Assembly (NCBI RefSeq): GCF_004010195.1
Contig: NC_057749.1
Span: 13,239,840 to 13,303,839, forward strand
Origin: Chiloscyllium plagiosum
Taxonomy: Eukaryota
Reading direction: 5' to 3'
Length of the DNA stretch: 64,000 nt
In this document: positions 1 through 11,781 of the stretch, in pieces
Numbering within the stretch: position 1 is the stretch's first letter
Layout: every line of letters begins with the position of its first letter
Position numbers and translations under genes: made by a program
The notes under the pieces: generated by a model
Database searches by the model: none
What the model was told of the DNA's origin: nothing
What the model saw: only the letters and a program-made list of their open reading frames with translations

Positions 1-70
1 GTGTGGGGGGGTGGGTGTTTGTGTGGGGGCGTTTGGGTGTGGGTGGGGGTTTGGGTGTGGGTGTGTGTGT
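1..70. repeat. G/GT-rich low-complexity tract
   Basis: gggtgt-like and (GT)n units with multiple G-runs. Confidence 0.8.
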
Positions 71-2737
71 ATTTTCCTTCAGCTTCGTACACGGATGGTT
101 CAGGAGCTAAGCTCATTACAGTTCCCCAGTCATCTCCTTCCCTCTTTGTCTCCTCCTCTCCCCTATTTTGTAGAAGACCCCCCACTCTCCACTACCTCAC
201 TCACTATCAAAAGTGCAGTTCAGATTGAGAAGCTGACAAGTCAGCTTAAATTGCACGTCCTAACCTTTTAACCATATGGAGGCATCTTTTGGCTTACTTC
301 TACGTCTGTCTGTGGAACAGACAACAATTTTAATGTTACCTCCAGCTGCCTGAATCCTAAGTTCTGGAATTTCCGCCCTGAACTTCTGTGTCCCCCTCTC
401 TGTCTTTTGCATTGTTTCTCAAAACCTGCTACTTTGTCCAAGCATTTAAACACCAGTCCAAATATTTCCTGAAGGGACACAGTGTTAAATTTATCCTCCA
501 CTTCACTGTGGTGTACAATGTTACAAAACTTATATAGGCACAATAAAAACCAAAAGTATTGTGGATGCTGTAAATCAGATACAAAAATCGAAATTGCTGC
601 AAAAGCTCATCAGGTCTGGCATCATCTATGGAGAGAAAACAGAGTGTCTGAAGAAGGGTCATTCGACCCGAAATGTTAACTCTGACTTCTGTCCACAGAT
701 GCTGCCAGATTTGCTGAGCTTTTCCAGCAACTTCATAAGTTGTTTTAAAAACGGGGATGAATTAAGGTGACAACTACATAGAAGAGGAGTCAGCGATTAA
801 CTCCTGCAATTATTAATTATTTAAAAATCTGATTTTTTTTTTAGTAATGGTCTGCTGACAAATTCCAGGAGAATTAGAGAGAGGTTTGGCCAACTTGGCA
901 GAAAGATCGTTAAGCAAGTGATACCGAAGCTGGGTGACAGTCAGAAATGGAGCTGCTTTTCCAAATTTGCCTTGGCTGATTTGGTGGGGGAGGGGGGAGA
1001 ATGGGGTGTCATACCAAGTTTTAAAATGAAACGCTGGAGGCTTGAGCATAGGATCCAGGCTGACATGCAGGGTGCTACGTTGTCAGAGGTGCTGACTTTT
1101 GGATGAATTGATAAACTGAGGCCCTTTCTGTCCTTTCGTCCATCTGAAGGATCCCATGACATTATTCTAAAAGCAGACAAATCCTCGCCCATGATTCTTA
1201 AACCAACATCAAGGATTGTCTTCTGTGGGACCTTGTTGCGCATACAATATGTGCCCTACATTACACCAGCGACTGTCGTTGTAATAGTAGCTGTAAATCC
1301 TAAGATTTAAGTGCAGGTTAGGGTGGATTGGCTATGCTAAGTTGTCAGTTGTGTCTAAGGATGTGTAGGCTAGGTGGATTAACCATGGGGAATGTAGGGT
1401 AGGGGGTGGGTCTGTGTGGACTCAGTGGGCCGAATAGCCTGCTTCCACCCTGTAAGGATTCAATACACAGATATTACTTGACCTGCTCCTGAGTATTTAC
1501 AACTTTATCTATTATGAAGGTTTGGAATTTCCATTTGTATTTTTATTTGTTTGACAGCTTCCACTACCGGCAGTGTTTATTTTTCAAGACTCTCTCGTAA
1601 AGGTTGGTAGTTTCTGCCTGTAAAGGTAGGAGGGGCAGAAACCCTAATATCATCGACGAAGTATTTATTGCACACCTGCAATGCTAAGGGGCATATAAGC
1701 TGTGAGCCAAGTTGCTAGAAAATGGGATCAGAATAGTTAGCTGGTTGTTTTTTGACCGGTACAGACTCGATGAGCTGTGCTCTATGACTCCATAAAATCT
1801 ACAAATAGTAGGAAAGACCATAAGGTCAATTGAAGGGATCACACTCGGCTACTGTTGTGATGCGAGTTGCCAAAGTAAATTCCGTCAACTCGAAGTACAG
1901 CAGAGAAACAAAATTGTGAAATATTCTGTCCCCCCCCTCCCCCCGCAACGTGTGTTTCCTCCCCGCGCCCGCCCAGAGACATTTTCTCACACAAGACAGT
2001 AAAAGGGTTGGGTTCAGCAGTTTTTGGAGCTGTCGCTGGCAGATGAACAAGTCATTGTTTTGCCAGGCTCATCTGAATGACAAAGCAAACGGCCACTTGA
2101 CACTTGTATGGGCTGTATCCCTCCTCCAGAAATAGTCTGACCCATTATCTGAAGGAGTCATTTGAAGTGTTTAATCAATTCCTGCACTTTTTCAAGAGAC
2201 CAATTTTGTTTAGATTGGCGAGTTAATGACAATGTTATTGATCCCTCAATCCAGTTTGACTCACCCTGGAACATCTCCACGTGGAGCTCTAGGCGTGTAC
2301 TGTATCATCCATGAGAAATTTTTACATTCAATTAAAATCTGCAGACCCTGACCCTGTAATGATGCCCATTTCAATTTAACTCCAATCCTACCCATGCTTT
2401 TTATGCTCTGTCAGGTTTTCATGTTTCGAAATCCTTTGCTTTTTTCATTAGTTAAAAACAAGAGAGTGTATGTCGAGTTTTATGTAAATTTGTTAGTGTT
2501 GCGATCTGTTCCCCATTTTAATTTACCTTCATTTTGCCCCCGCCCCAGTAACGCACCGGTTAAGAAATTTTAAAATCATATATGTGCACATTTGATTGAA
2601 TTGAAATGATAGGATACAGATTCATTTTTTAAATTAGCTTCGTCTCCTCGTTTTTAAGATGTAGTATTTAAAGATTGGACCTTTAAACCCACTTATATAT
2701 TGGGTTCCAGCTTATGAACCCTGTCTAAATGTGGGAG

Positions 2738-2917
2738 GAGATGATTGCAGATGCTCTAGGTCAGAGTCGAGAATAGAGTGGTGCTGGAAAAGCACAGCAG
2801 GTCAGGCAGCATCCGAGGAGCAGGAAAATCTACATTTCGGGCAATAGCCCTTCATCAGGAAATGATTTTCCTGCTCCTTAGATGCCGCCTGACCTGCTGT
2901 CCTTTTCTAGCACCAGC
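2738..2917. mobile_element. Hairpin-shaped PLE-derived element (family A)
   Basis: Inverted repeat of ctggaaaagcacagcaggtcaggcagcatc. 13-bp TSD CTAAATGTG(G/A)GAG at 2725-2737 and 2918-2930. Hammerhead-like motif on the - strand at ~2827-2862. Confidence 0.75.
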
Positions 2918-4706
2918 CTAAATGTGAGAGATGCACACTGCCAGCCTGTAGATTATTTGTGGTGCAGTGGTAGCGTCCCTGCCCCTGGAGTGGGAGGGGT
3001 GGGACTGGGGGCGGCTGAGTCTCACCTGCTCCAGAGATGTTCTACAACATGTCTGGATAGATCGATTAGAGAAAATGTCTAGGAAGCGATTCCCGTTTTA
3101 TTGAAACCACGAGGCTACTCTTCCAGCCAATCCGCAGTTTCCGAACGTGTCCACCCTCGTGTTCCCTTCAGCAACAACTTCTTAAAATCAAAATAGCTCC
3201 TTTATCCGAACTTGAAAGAAGAATTAGAGATGAGAGCCAAACTTTAAAGGGAGTGGGGAGAATATGGGTCCCGGTTTGATCTACTTTACAAACCGGGAGA
3301 ACAAAGAGCAAAATTCGAGGAGAACTTGGAAATTTTAACCTTTGCATTCTTTGGAATTTTTCTGCCAAGAATTTCAGTGGCGCTCACTGTAATCGGCGAG
3401 AACACTCGGTAATATTGCACTGGACTGGAAGGGGAGAGAGTGTAAAATCACACTTTAGAATCTGTAAGGAGCGCTTGTTCAGAAACTGAAATCCCCCTCG
3501 GGTGTTTAAAGAATTGAACCTTTTAACTGTGGAGCTGCGGGTAATTTAATCAGAGTTTAATCCGCCGTTGCTGTTGTGTATATCAGACAGGTCTTGAAAA
3601 CGACCAGATTGCAAATAAATGCCCCAGGTACTGGCAGATGTGCAAATGCTGCCACTTTTTTTTAATACACTGTACGCAAATGAAACGAGACCAAAAGAGA
3701 ATGCGATTAAATGTCTAAGCATGTGGCTGTAAAATTGTAATAGCAACCACATTATTCTGGGAACGTCGTTTCAGTGGAACACAAAAGCTGGAGTCCTGTC
3801 TCTCTGTTGCAAACCGAATCCCTTGTGTGCTTTATTTTCAACCGACCTTCCCCCACTACTGTTCAATCCCTATTGAGATCATTGGTTCCCCCTATATCCA
3901 AGAATGGCTCATTGTTAGCACCCAGCCCCCTACTCCACAACTTCCTGTGTGTGCTTACTTTGGAAATGTTTACGTAACTTGGAACAGTTTCTGTACTCGC
4001 TGGCGCTCGGGGAGAGTTCACTGGCAGCTAGATATATCCAGATGGTCCCACTCTGTTTAATAAACAACATCATACTACAACACGTCTTACACCCGCCACG
4101 CTTCGAGGCTCAGGACTGTTTATTTGAATATTTGGATAATGAAGCGCAAAGGACAATGAAAATAAAACTTTTCTTAAAAAAACAGCTCCAAAGGCGGGAT
4201 TGCCTTGTTGAGTCGTTGGATTGGCACATTTCAACCAATGTGGTGTTAGGCCACGTGTTTTGTTTTACAGCTACTATACGTGGGACATAATATTAACATC
4301 GAATCAACTGTAATTCGAAGATGTGGGGAGTGAAAAACGCATGTCTGACCGAGGGCTAAAAAAGAAAGAAGTGTTCAGGATATTTAAAGTGGAGGGAATT
4401 ATAAAGTTAGCCCCTGGTTCATTGACAATGTTTTATCATTTCACTGCATTTGTTGCCCATTCCTCTTGAACTGACTGACACGCTCAGCTATTTCAAAGTG
4501 TATTTAGAATCATACAATTCCTGGAGTGCGGAAATAGACCATTCGGCCCATCGGACGCCCCCCCCCCCCTCCCCAAAGAGTACACCACACCCCTCCCCGT
4601 GCCCCTATAACCCTGCATTTCCTATGGCTAACCCATCTAGTCTGCACATCCCTGAACAGTATGGGCGACTTAGCTTGGACAACCCACCTAACCTGCACAT
4701 CTTTGG

Positions 4707-4908
4707 CAATAAAAATGGAAAGCATTGCGGATACTGTAAATCAGAAGCAAAAACAGAAGTTGCTGGAAAAGTTCAAAAGGTCTGGTAGCATCTGTGGAGA
4801 GAGAGATCAGAGTTAATGTTTTGGGTTGAGTGGCCCTTCCTTAGAACAGGCACTTTCTGTCCACAGATGCTACCAGACCTGTTGAACTTTTCCAGCAACT
4901 TTTGTTTT
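4707..4908. mobile_element. Hairpin-shaped PLE-derived element (family B) inserted into an HE1 SINE
   Basis: Inverted repeat. 13-bp TSD TGCACATCTTTGG at 4694-4706 and 4909-4921. Related copies at ~541-735, 16030-16147, 28650-28790 and 57180-57315. Confidence 0.78.
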
Positions 4909-6625
4909 TGCACATCTTTGGACTGTGGGAGGAAACCAGAGCACCCGGAGGAAACCCACGCAGACATGGGGAGAATGTGCAAATTCCACACAGACAGTTG
5001 CCTGAGGCTGGAATCCAATCCTAGTGCTGAGGCAACAGCCCACCACTGAGCCATAGTGCTGTCCTGGCACAATTCAACTACTTTGCTGTGAATCTGGGGT
5101 CACATGTAGGCCAGACCAGGCACAGTTGGTGATTTCCTTCCTTAAAGAACTGTATAACATCTACAATAGTTTCATGGTCACCCTTACTGATACCTTTCTG
5201 TTACAGATTATTGTGAGTTGAACTTGAATTGAACAAGTTGCTCTCGTCGGATTTGATTATTATATCACTGTCTCCACACAATGACCATCATATATCCCGG
5301 TAGAGTTTCAGGCTTAGCTTGAAGTTGACAAGTGTGGGTCCTAGACTAGTGTTTCAAACCTAAAACAAGTATTTTAAACCCAAATAAAGGAAATTATAAG
5401 GAGATAAGCAGAACTGGGAAACTTGGCAGAAAGCATGTACAGTCCAGACCCAGGGTGGACTTTAAGGAAATACTTTTAAAAGCACATTTATTTAATAGGG
5501 TTGTAGGTAACAATGTGGGAAAGATGTGCAAATTGTGTGAAAGTTGAAGAGAATTGGGAGTTGAAGATTGCAGGTATAGACTTGGACATTGAGAGGTCCA
5601 GATGTCAGATGTTGAGGTACGAGCAGAGGGGAAGGAAACGAGCTGGACTTGGTATGCTGGCTGGAAAATCTTTAACATAGTTTTCATTCATTCACAGGAC
5701 GTGCGTGCCCCTAGTTAAGCCGGTATTTATTGCCCAGCAGGCATTTAAGAGTTATCTGATGCAGACATGATGGGCTGAATGGCCTCTTTCTTCACTTCTA
5801 AGATTCTGTGAAGAGTTAACCACTTTGCTTTGGGTTTGGAGTCACATGGAGGGCAGAGACGGTAAGGGTGGCATGGTCGTAAAAAAAGGACATTGTCATA
5901 AAAATGGTTCTCCACCTATATTCCAGATGTCTCATTTTCAAAAATTAATTTAAAGCTCATCATCTCGCATGGTAGGATGCAAAACTGTATCAGTAGAGAA
6001 TTGGCTTGCGATTCCACATGGCTAGACTAGTGACAACAGCACTAGCTGGTCTGCAGTGCAGAGTAATACCAACAACGTGGGTTCAAATCCCATCGCCGCC
6101 TGAGGTTACCACAAGGGTCTCTCTCCTTGTCTTTCTCTCCCCCTAAGGCATGGCGACCCTCCGGTTAAACTACCACCGGTCATCCCTCTCTAATGAGCCC
6201 CATGGTCCTCTGGACAATGGTGACGTCCACCACTGTCTCTCCCAGCTTTGTGGAGGCTGAGAATTCTGTCAAACGCTGGAGGTGGTAACAGGCGAGCAGA
6301 AGGGGGTTCAGAAGAGCCGAGGTAGGGAGGGAGGCGAAGCAGGCCTGGATGCGCGATCCTGGTGATGGGGAAAATTTATGTGGGCTGGAAAGATTGAAGA
6401 GGTCACCCAGTTTGGGAACAGAGTGATGCAATGGCTTGGGGGGATGGAATGGAATCGCTGGCAGGAGAGGGGGGAAACTGGTGACCCGACTGAGGGAGCC
6501 AAGAATGTCAGACGTGCGGACGAACAACAGGTCAATGGAGGGGGAGATGGAGGGTTTTTTTCTGAAGCCGAGAAGATCAGGCAAAAACAGGACTAGACAA
6601 AGCAGATACAAAACTGTAATCTGAA

Positions 6626-6631
6626 TTTATT
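6626..6631 (-). terminator. Candidate polyadenylation signal of the GAS1-like gene
   Basis: AATAAA on the - strand at the end of an AT-rich 3'UTR-like stretch. An alternative AATAAA lies at 6746-6751. Confidence 0.45.
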
Positions 6632-6967
6632 TTTTTAAATGTATTAGTTGTAAATCCATAAATAGTGTCCAAAAATCTCCATCGTTTATACAAAAGTTTT
6701 CGAAAAGTTGCTAATCGAAATATCGAGCGGCGCAAGTATTCGCCATTTATTGTGTTAAAGTTCAACTGAACTATCGAAAAGAAACATTTGTACACGCCTT
6801 TTCTTCTGTTTTATTAATTTTTAAATCGAGTCAAGTCCCAAGGAAGTTTCGACGAGTAACTTTAAAATACCCCGCTTTATATGTGTGAAATTTTTTCAAA
6901 ATAATTAAATCTTTGTAAAACTCGATTTGCGGAGGTGGAGGCGATGAGGAAGAGCGTGTATAACCCA

Positions 6968-7110
6968 GTTAAAAAATCACACAACACCAGGTTGTAGTTC
7001 AACAGGTTTAATTGGAAGCACTAACTTCCAATCAAACCTGTTGGGCTATAACCTGGCGTCGTGTGATTTTTAACTTTGTACACCCCAGTCCAACACCGGC
7101 ATCTCCGAAT
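6968..7110. mobile_element. Hairpin-shaped PLE-derived short element (family C) in the GAS1-like 3'UTR
   Basis: Inverted repeat aaaaatcacacaacaccagg...cctggcgtcgtgtgattttt. 13-bp TSD CGTGTATAACCCA at 6955-6967 and 7111-7123. Confidence 0.8.
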
Positions 7111-7275
7111 CGTGTATAACCCAAGTTAATTTGATCCGCACATGATGTGCCTAACTTCATTCAAGTGTTTTGTAAACACTAGAGGCGCACGGTGCCTGAT
7201 ACACGCGGAGTTTACAAATAATTAAAAACTGGCAAAAAAAAACACAAACCTGCAAATAACTGTTTGCACAAAGTA

Positions 7276-8067
7276 TTAGGGAAACCACAAGTTCAGGAGG
7301 AGGAGGAGAGCACACCACGTGTGTGTCTCCAGTCCTGAGGAGTCATTCAGTGGCGAGTCCTCTCCGTCTGTAGTTTCTGGCCTTAAATCCGTTTTGTTCA
7401 TTTCATAATCGTCGTATTCATAGTTCTCTTCCGAGTCCGGAGTGGCCGTAAACAGCGAGGGGCCTTCGATGGAGCAGAACTTCTCCATGTTCTCCTTCAC
7501 CACCTCGCAGAAGGGTCTCTCCACCCCGTCGCAGACGCATGTGTTCAGCAAGATCCCACTGGGAATGGACAGCAAGTGCTGGATGGTGCTCTTGCAGACG
7601 GCGGTGCAGCGCTTGCCGTTGAAGAGCTGCCCGCAGTTGGACAGGTACTCCTTCATGGCACCGTGACACACCGGCTCCTTCTCGCAGCGCTGACGGGCCG
7701 CCGTGCACCCGAGGTCGGCCGCGTCCGGCGACTGGCCCCGGTACCGCCTGGGCATGCACGGCTCGATGGCCCGTTTGGCCCGTCTGCACTGCACATCCTG
7801 ACCGCAGTCGCAGTTCTCCAGGTCGGGGCCGTTCTGGGTCTGGTTGAGTTTGACCAGGGCGCCGATACAGTGGCTGGGACACTGGCGCCTCAAGCCCTTG
7901 AGGAAGGGCTCGCAAGCCGCGCTGTACTGACTGTACGCCCACTTACACTCTTTCTCCTCCTGACAACGGAGCACCGCTTGCCAACACACCGACTCGGCCC
8001 CGCTCACCGAGCTCAGACAAGCCAAGATCGCCAGAGAGTACCAACTGACCCTGGCGGCCTGGAGCAT
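7276..8067 (-). CDS. gas1: Growth arrest-specific protein 1-like (GAS1/GAS1b), single exon, 263 aa
   Basis: Intact GC/CpG-rich ORF. It has a signal peptide (MLQAARVSWYSLAILACLSSVSG), two Cys-rich GFRalpha-like domains with GAS1 motifs (CWQAVLRCQEE..C..AYSQY..AC, CPSHCIGALVKLNQT..GPDLENCDC, CGQLFNGKRCT, CVCDGVERPFCEVVKENM), an acidic linker and a GPI-type hydrophobic C-terminus. Confidence 0.93.
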   Translation of the reverse strand: MLQAARVSWYSLAILACLSSVSGAESVCWQAVLRCQEEKECKWAYSQYSAACEPFLKGLRRQCPSHCIGALVKLNQTQNGPDLENCDCGQDVQCRRAKRAIEPCMPRRYRGQSPDAADLGCTAARQRCEKEPVCHGAMKEYLSNCGQLFNGKRCTAVCKSTIQHLLSIPSGILLNTCVCDGVERPFCEVVKENMEKFCSIEGPSLFTATPDSEENYEYDDYEMNKTDLRPETTDGEDSPLNDSSGLETHTWCALLLLLNLWFP

Positions 8068-8639
8068 CCTTCAACAGCATCCGTAACTCCCTGGCTCAAA
8101 GCGACCGGATCGGTTGCATCCTGAAGCCGGCTCCCCGGTCTGCTTTTTTCCAAAGCCCCCTCTCAGTTGCATAACAGCGGGTGTTAGTGATCTCCCACCC
8201 ACTTCCTCCACTCTCCCAGACCCCAATGTACACTCACCACCACTCTTCCCACAACAAGAAAGTCAAAAATCTACTCGAGGAACCAATCAAGAAAACTTCA
8301 TCCAGCCTTGTCTCCGAGGAGAATACTGAAAATCGGCAGGAGAACTGAAGTTACAATCCACCCTCCCTCCCCTTTGTCCTGGAATCCTCACAATTGTAAC
8401 TCACAGAAATTTGCCGCGGGTTTTTTTTTGCGCCAGATGCAAATTGTCAAAGTACTCTCTTTCTCAGACTCCCCTTCTCTCTCCCTCTCTGTAAACTATA
8501 GCTGCTCTCCAGTGTTCCACATCACGCCTGATTTAGCAAGCTCAAACTCTTGTCCAACTTTCCCCTCCCTCTCTCCCCAAACCGAGGGATGGAGGGGGAG
8601 AGAAAGACAGCGAGAGAGAGAAATCTTATTTTTTTTTCC

Positions 8640-8940
8640 AAACTCAATTGGTCGATTTTTAACAGCATTGCGCAGCCTGGAATTCGTCTCCATAGCGACA
8701 TATCTTTTTTCACTCTGGCAAAACAGCACGTCACACTCTGGAGCATGTTTATATAAATGTATATATATTTTTAAAAAAAACAACCTGTGTGGTCTTATTT
8801 TTTTTGTGTTAAACAATAGCGGACCAGCAGGGGGAGCAGGGACAGCGTCTGAATGTGCAGTTTCCACTTAAATCTGAAATCTAATGTCACTTGACTTTGC
8901 AAAACTGGATGTAGGAAACTCAAACTTTGAGGGGCGGGGT
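8640..8940 (-). promoter_or_regulatory. Putative GAS1-like proximal promoter motif cluster
   Basis: Repeat-free, CpG-containing region upstream of the ATG. Motifs: GC box GGGGCGGGG (8931-8939), TATATAAA-like (~8749-8758), CRE-like CACGTCA (8727-8733), X-box GTCTCCATAGCGAC (8686-8699), C/EBP-like ATTGCGCA (~8667) and CCAAT on the - strand (8647-8651). TSS unknown. Confidence 0.45.
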
Positions 8941-10725
8941 TGGTAAAACAAAATACACAGAAGCTGCCTGGGTGCATTTCAGCAAGAGATCCAGGCCAGC
9001 CTCTATCTCCAACCCAACCCCCTTCCTGCCAGGGCGGTGAATAGCATTTTCTGGACCGTTTGCTTCACTTTATGGGAGATGGGTTTGCATGCAAACCTCT
9101 CATACCGGGACGCCAGAGGGAATTGTTTCCGCCCTGCAAGCCATGAATAGAGGCCCTCCCCCCTCTCTCTCTCCCTCCATGGTCAGTGAGTGTTTTCCAG
9201 GCGGTGGGTGTGTGTATGGGGGGGGAGGGAGGGGTTCCCCTTTTTAAGACTCACCCATTCAACCTCACTTGATAAGCTCACCACACACACACACACACAC
9301 CCCTCGCCGCAAATGGCGAGCAGCCCCCAGTTTGATTCTTTTCTCTCCAACAACCAACCCCCTCCCAACTCACCCATTGAGATGTAAAGCGGCGAATTCA
9401 GGAGTAAATCGGCGGACACCATGACCGCGTTTGACAGTCCGGGATAAGAAAGGGGGTGGGAGATTCAATCTGAAGGCAGAGAAAGTAAAAGACTCGAGTT
9501 TTGTTCCCTGAAAGGGGCTTCTCCTCCCCCACCCCCATGGTCAGGCAGGCGTCTCAAATCCTGTTCTGAGTACATCAACACTAACTTACGTTGGAGTCAC
9601 AGAGCTGTACAGCACAGAAACAACACCCTTCAGTCCATCTCGACCAGATGTCCTAAATTAATTTAGTCCTGATTGCAGCCATTTGACCCATATTCCTCTA
9701 AACCCTTCCTATTCATATACCCATCTAGATGCCTTTTAAATGTTGTTATTGGTCAATGAAACAGGTTTTACAACAATCTAAGATGTGGGAGCAGAAGTAG
9801 ACCATACAGCCCATCAAGCCCACTCCAGCATTCATTGAGATTGCTACTGATCTGATAATCCTCAACTCCACTTTCCTGCCTTATTTCAGTAGCAGTTGAT
9901 GCCCTTAATGATTACAAATCTATCTCAGTCTTGAGTAGACTTAATGACCCATCCTCGAAAGCCCTCTGATTCACTACCTTTGTAAGAAAAAAACATCCTT
10001 GTCATCTCTGACACTTACTCTGAGATTATGCCTTCTGGATGTGATACTGATTTTCTATTTCAAATGTATTTCATTAACATTTAAATAATTGCTGAGGTAG
10101 GATTTGAGTTTACATTTACAGAGCATTTTTCTGGGCGTATAGATTGCTGGCCTAATATCATTATCACTAAATGTAACCATTTCACAGTCACCATTACCAC
10201 TCCTGGCTTATTATTCCAAATATGTTTAATTACTTGAATTTATTTCCCCCAGTTGCTGTGGTGGGTTTTGAACTCTTGTCTCTGAATCATTTATTAAGAT
10301 ATCTAGGTTACTAGTCCAGTAACGTAACCACTATAGGGTTATACGCCTGAAGTCCATACAAGACATATATTGTAACAGTGAACAGCAGCTGATTAAATGG
10401 ATTTCACCGTGAATGGTTCTATTTCACAGACTTTTTGCCTCTGGAGAAATACACCATTTGGGTTCAAGATAATTTGCTGTACAAGACTAATCTTCTGAAG
10501 ATAAACATTGAATCCCACAACTGCAACTGGGGAAAACAAAATTAGGACTGAGTACAGTGTACTTGCTAAAGGATGTACTGGCACTGGAGGGGATGCAGAG
10601 CAGGTTCACTGGGTTGACTCTGGAACTGAGAGGTTGACTTATGAGAAAAGCTTGTGTACATTAGGACAATAATCATTGGAATTTAGAAGAATGAGGGGCG
10701 ATCTTATAGAAACATATAAAGTTAT

Positions 10726-11008
10726 ATTAGATTCCCTACAGTGTGAAAACAGGCCCTTCGGCCCAACCAGTCCACACCGACCCTCCGAAGCTAATGCACC
10801 TAACACTATGAGCAATTTAGCATGGCCAATTCACCTGACCTGTACATGTTTGGAGTGTGGGAAGAAACCAGAGCACCCCGAGGAAACCCACGCAGACACA
10901 GGGAGAATGCGCAAACTCCTACACAGGCAGTCGCCCAAGGCTGGAATCGAACCTGGGACCCTGGCGCTGTGAGGCAGCAGTACTAACCACTGAGCCACCA
11001 TGCCACCC
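10726..11008 (-). mobile_element. HE1-type SINE inserted in a CR1 LINE fragment (10520-11375)
   Basis: Reverse complement of the 63756 element. Further copies at ~4510-5068(-), 20708-20968(+), 31045-31260(-), 36797-36980(+), 57715-58030(-), 63283-63500(+) and 1310-1465(+). Confidence 0.8.
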
Positions 11009-11592
11009 TAATGGATGGTAATAGATAAGATATAAACAGCGAGGTTATTTCCACTGTCAGGTGAAACTAGAACCAGGCGGCATAACCCCAAATTAAGGGA
11101 GAGCAGATTTCGGATTGACTTGAGGAGGACATTCTTCACCCAGAGGGTTGTGAATCTGTGGAATTCCCCGCTCAGTGAAACAGCTGAGGCCACCTCATTG
11201 AATGTTTTCAAGGCAAAGATAGATTTTTGAACAGTAAAGGAATTAAAGGTTATGGTGAGAGGGCAGGTAAATGGAGCTGAGTCCATGAAAAGATCAGCCA
11301 TGATCCTATTGAATGGCGGAGTAGGCTCGATGGGCCAAATGGCCTACTCCTGCTCCTATTTCTCATGTTCTTAACTGGAAACAAAACAAATTAAAAGTGT
11401 CTCAGTTGCCTGTGATTTTTATTTATCAAGTTTATATAAATAACTTCTAAACTATTTACAAAAATATGTCCTAAATTATTTGTGGAATTTTCAAGTGATT
11501 AATCTTCAGTATAAACAAACTACAGTTCATGTCCCTCGGATTTGCTGCTCCCTCCACAGAGCTCCCCTACGCATCCCTGATTCTCAGCTCCA

Positions 11593-11781
11593 CAATCTCC
11601 CTATCCTGGCACACCAGTAATCACTGCACAGTTTCTTTACCCTGTTATATTGAAACTCATTGCGCAGTCTCCCTATCCTGATAAACTGGAAATCACTGCA
11701 CAGTTTCTTTATCTGGACACCCTCAAACTTACTGCGCAATCTCCCCATCCTGAATCACTGGAACTGACTGTACAGTCTCCC
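11593..11781. repeat. 36-bp minisatellite, 5+ units with A/B alternation
   Basis: Units of type cagtctccctatcctgataaactggaaatcactgca alternate with cagtttctttatctggacaccctcaaacttactgcg. No indels. Confidence 0.8.

Noticed and set aside
3949-4290. 113-aa ORF beginning CLLWKCLR, a candidate FBXO22 exon 2
   Set aside because: Only superficial similarity to VCRLWREC, with no downstream match or suitable splice sites.
7418-8124. Overlapping ORFs of 174 aa (-) and 182 aa (+) over GAS1
   Set aside because: Shadow ORFs expected from GC-rich coding sequence, with no recognisable domains.
8640-8735. Resemblance to the MHC class II SXY module (RFX + CRE + CCAAT)
   Set aside because: Motif order and spacing do not match the X1-X2-Y geometry.
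8308-8871. 187-aa + strand ORF upstream of GAS1
   Set aside because: Low-complexity promoter/UTR sequence with no homology cues.
11593-11781. CRISPR-like 36-bp periodicity
   Set aside because: Contiguous diverged units without spacers, in vertebrate DNA with no cas genes.
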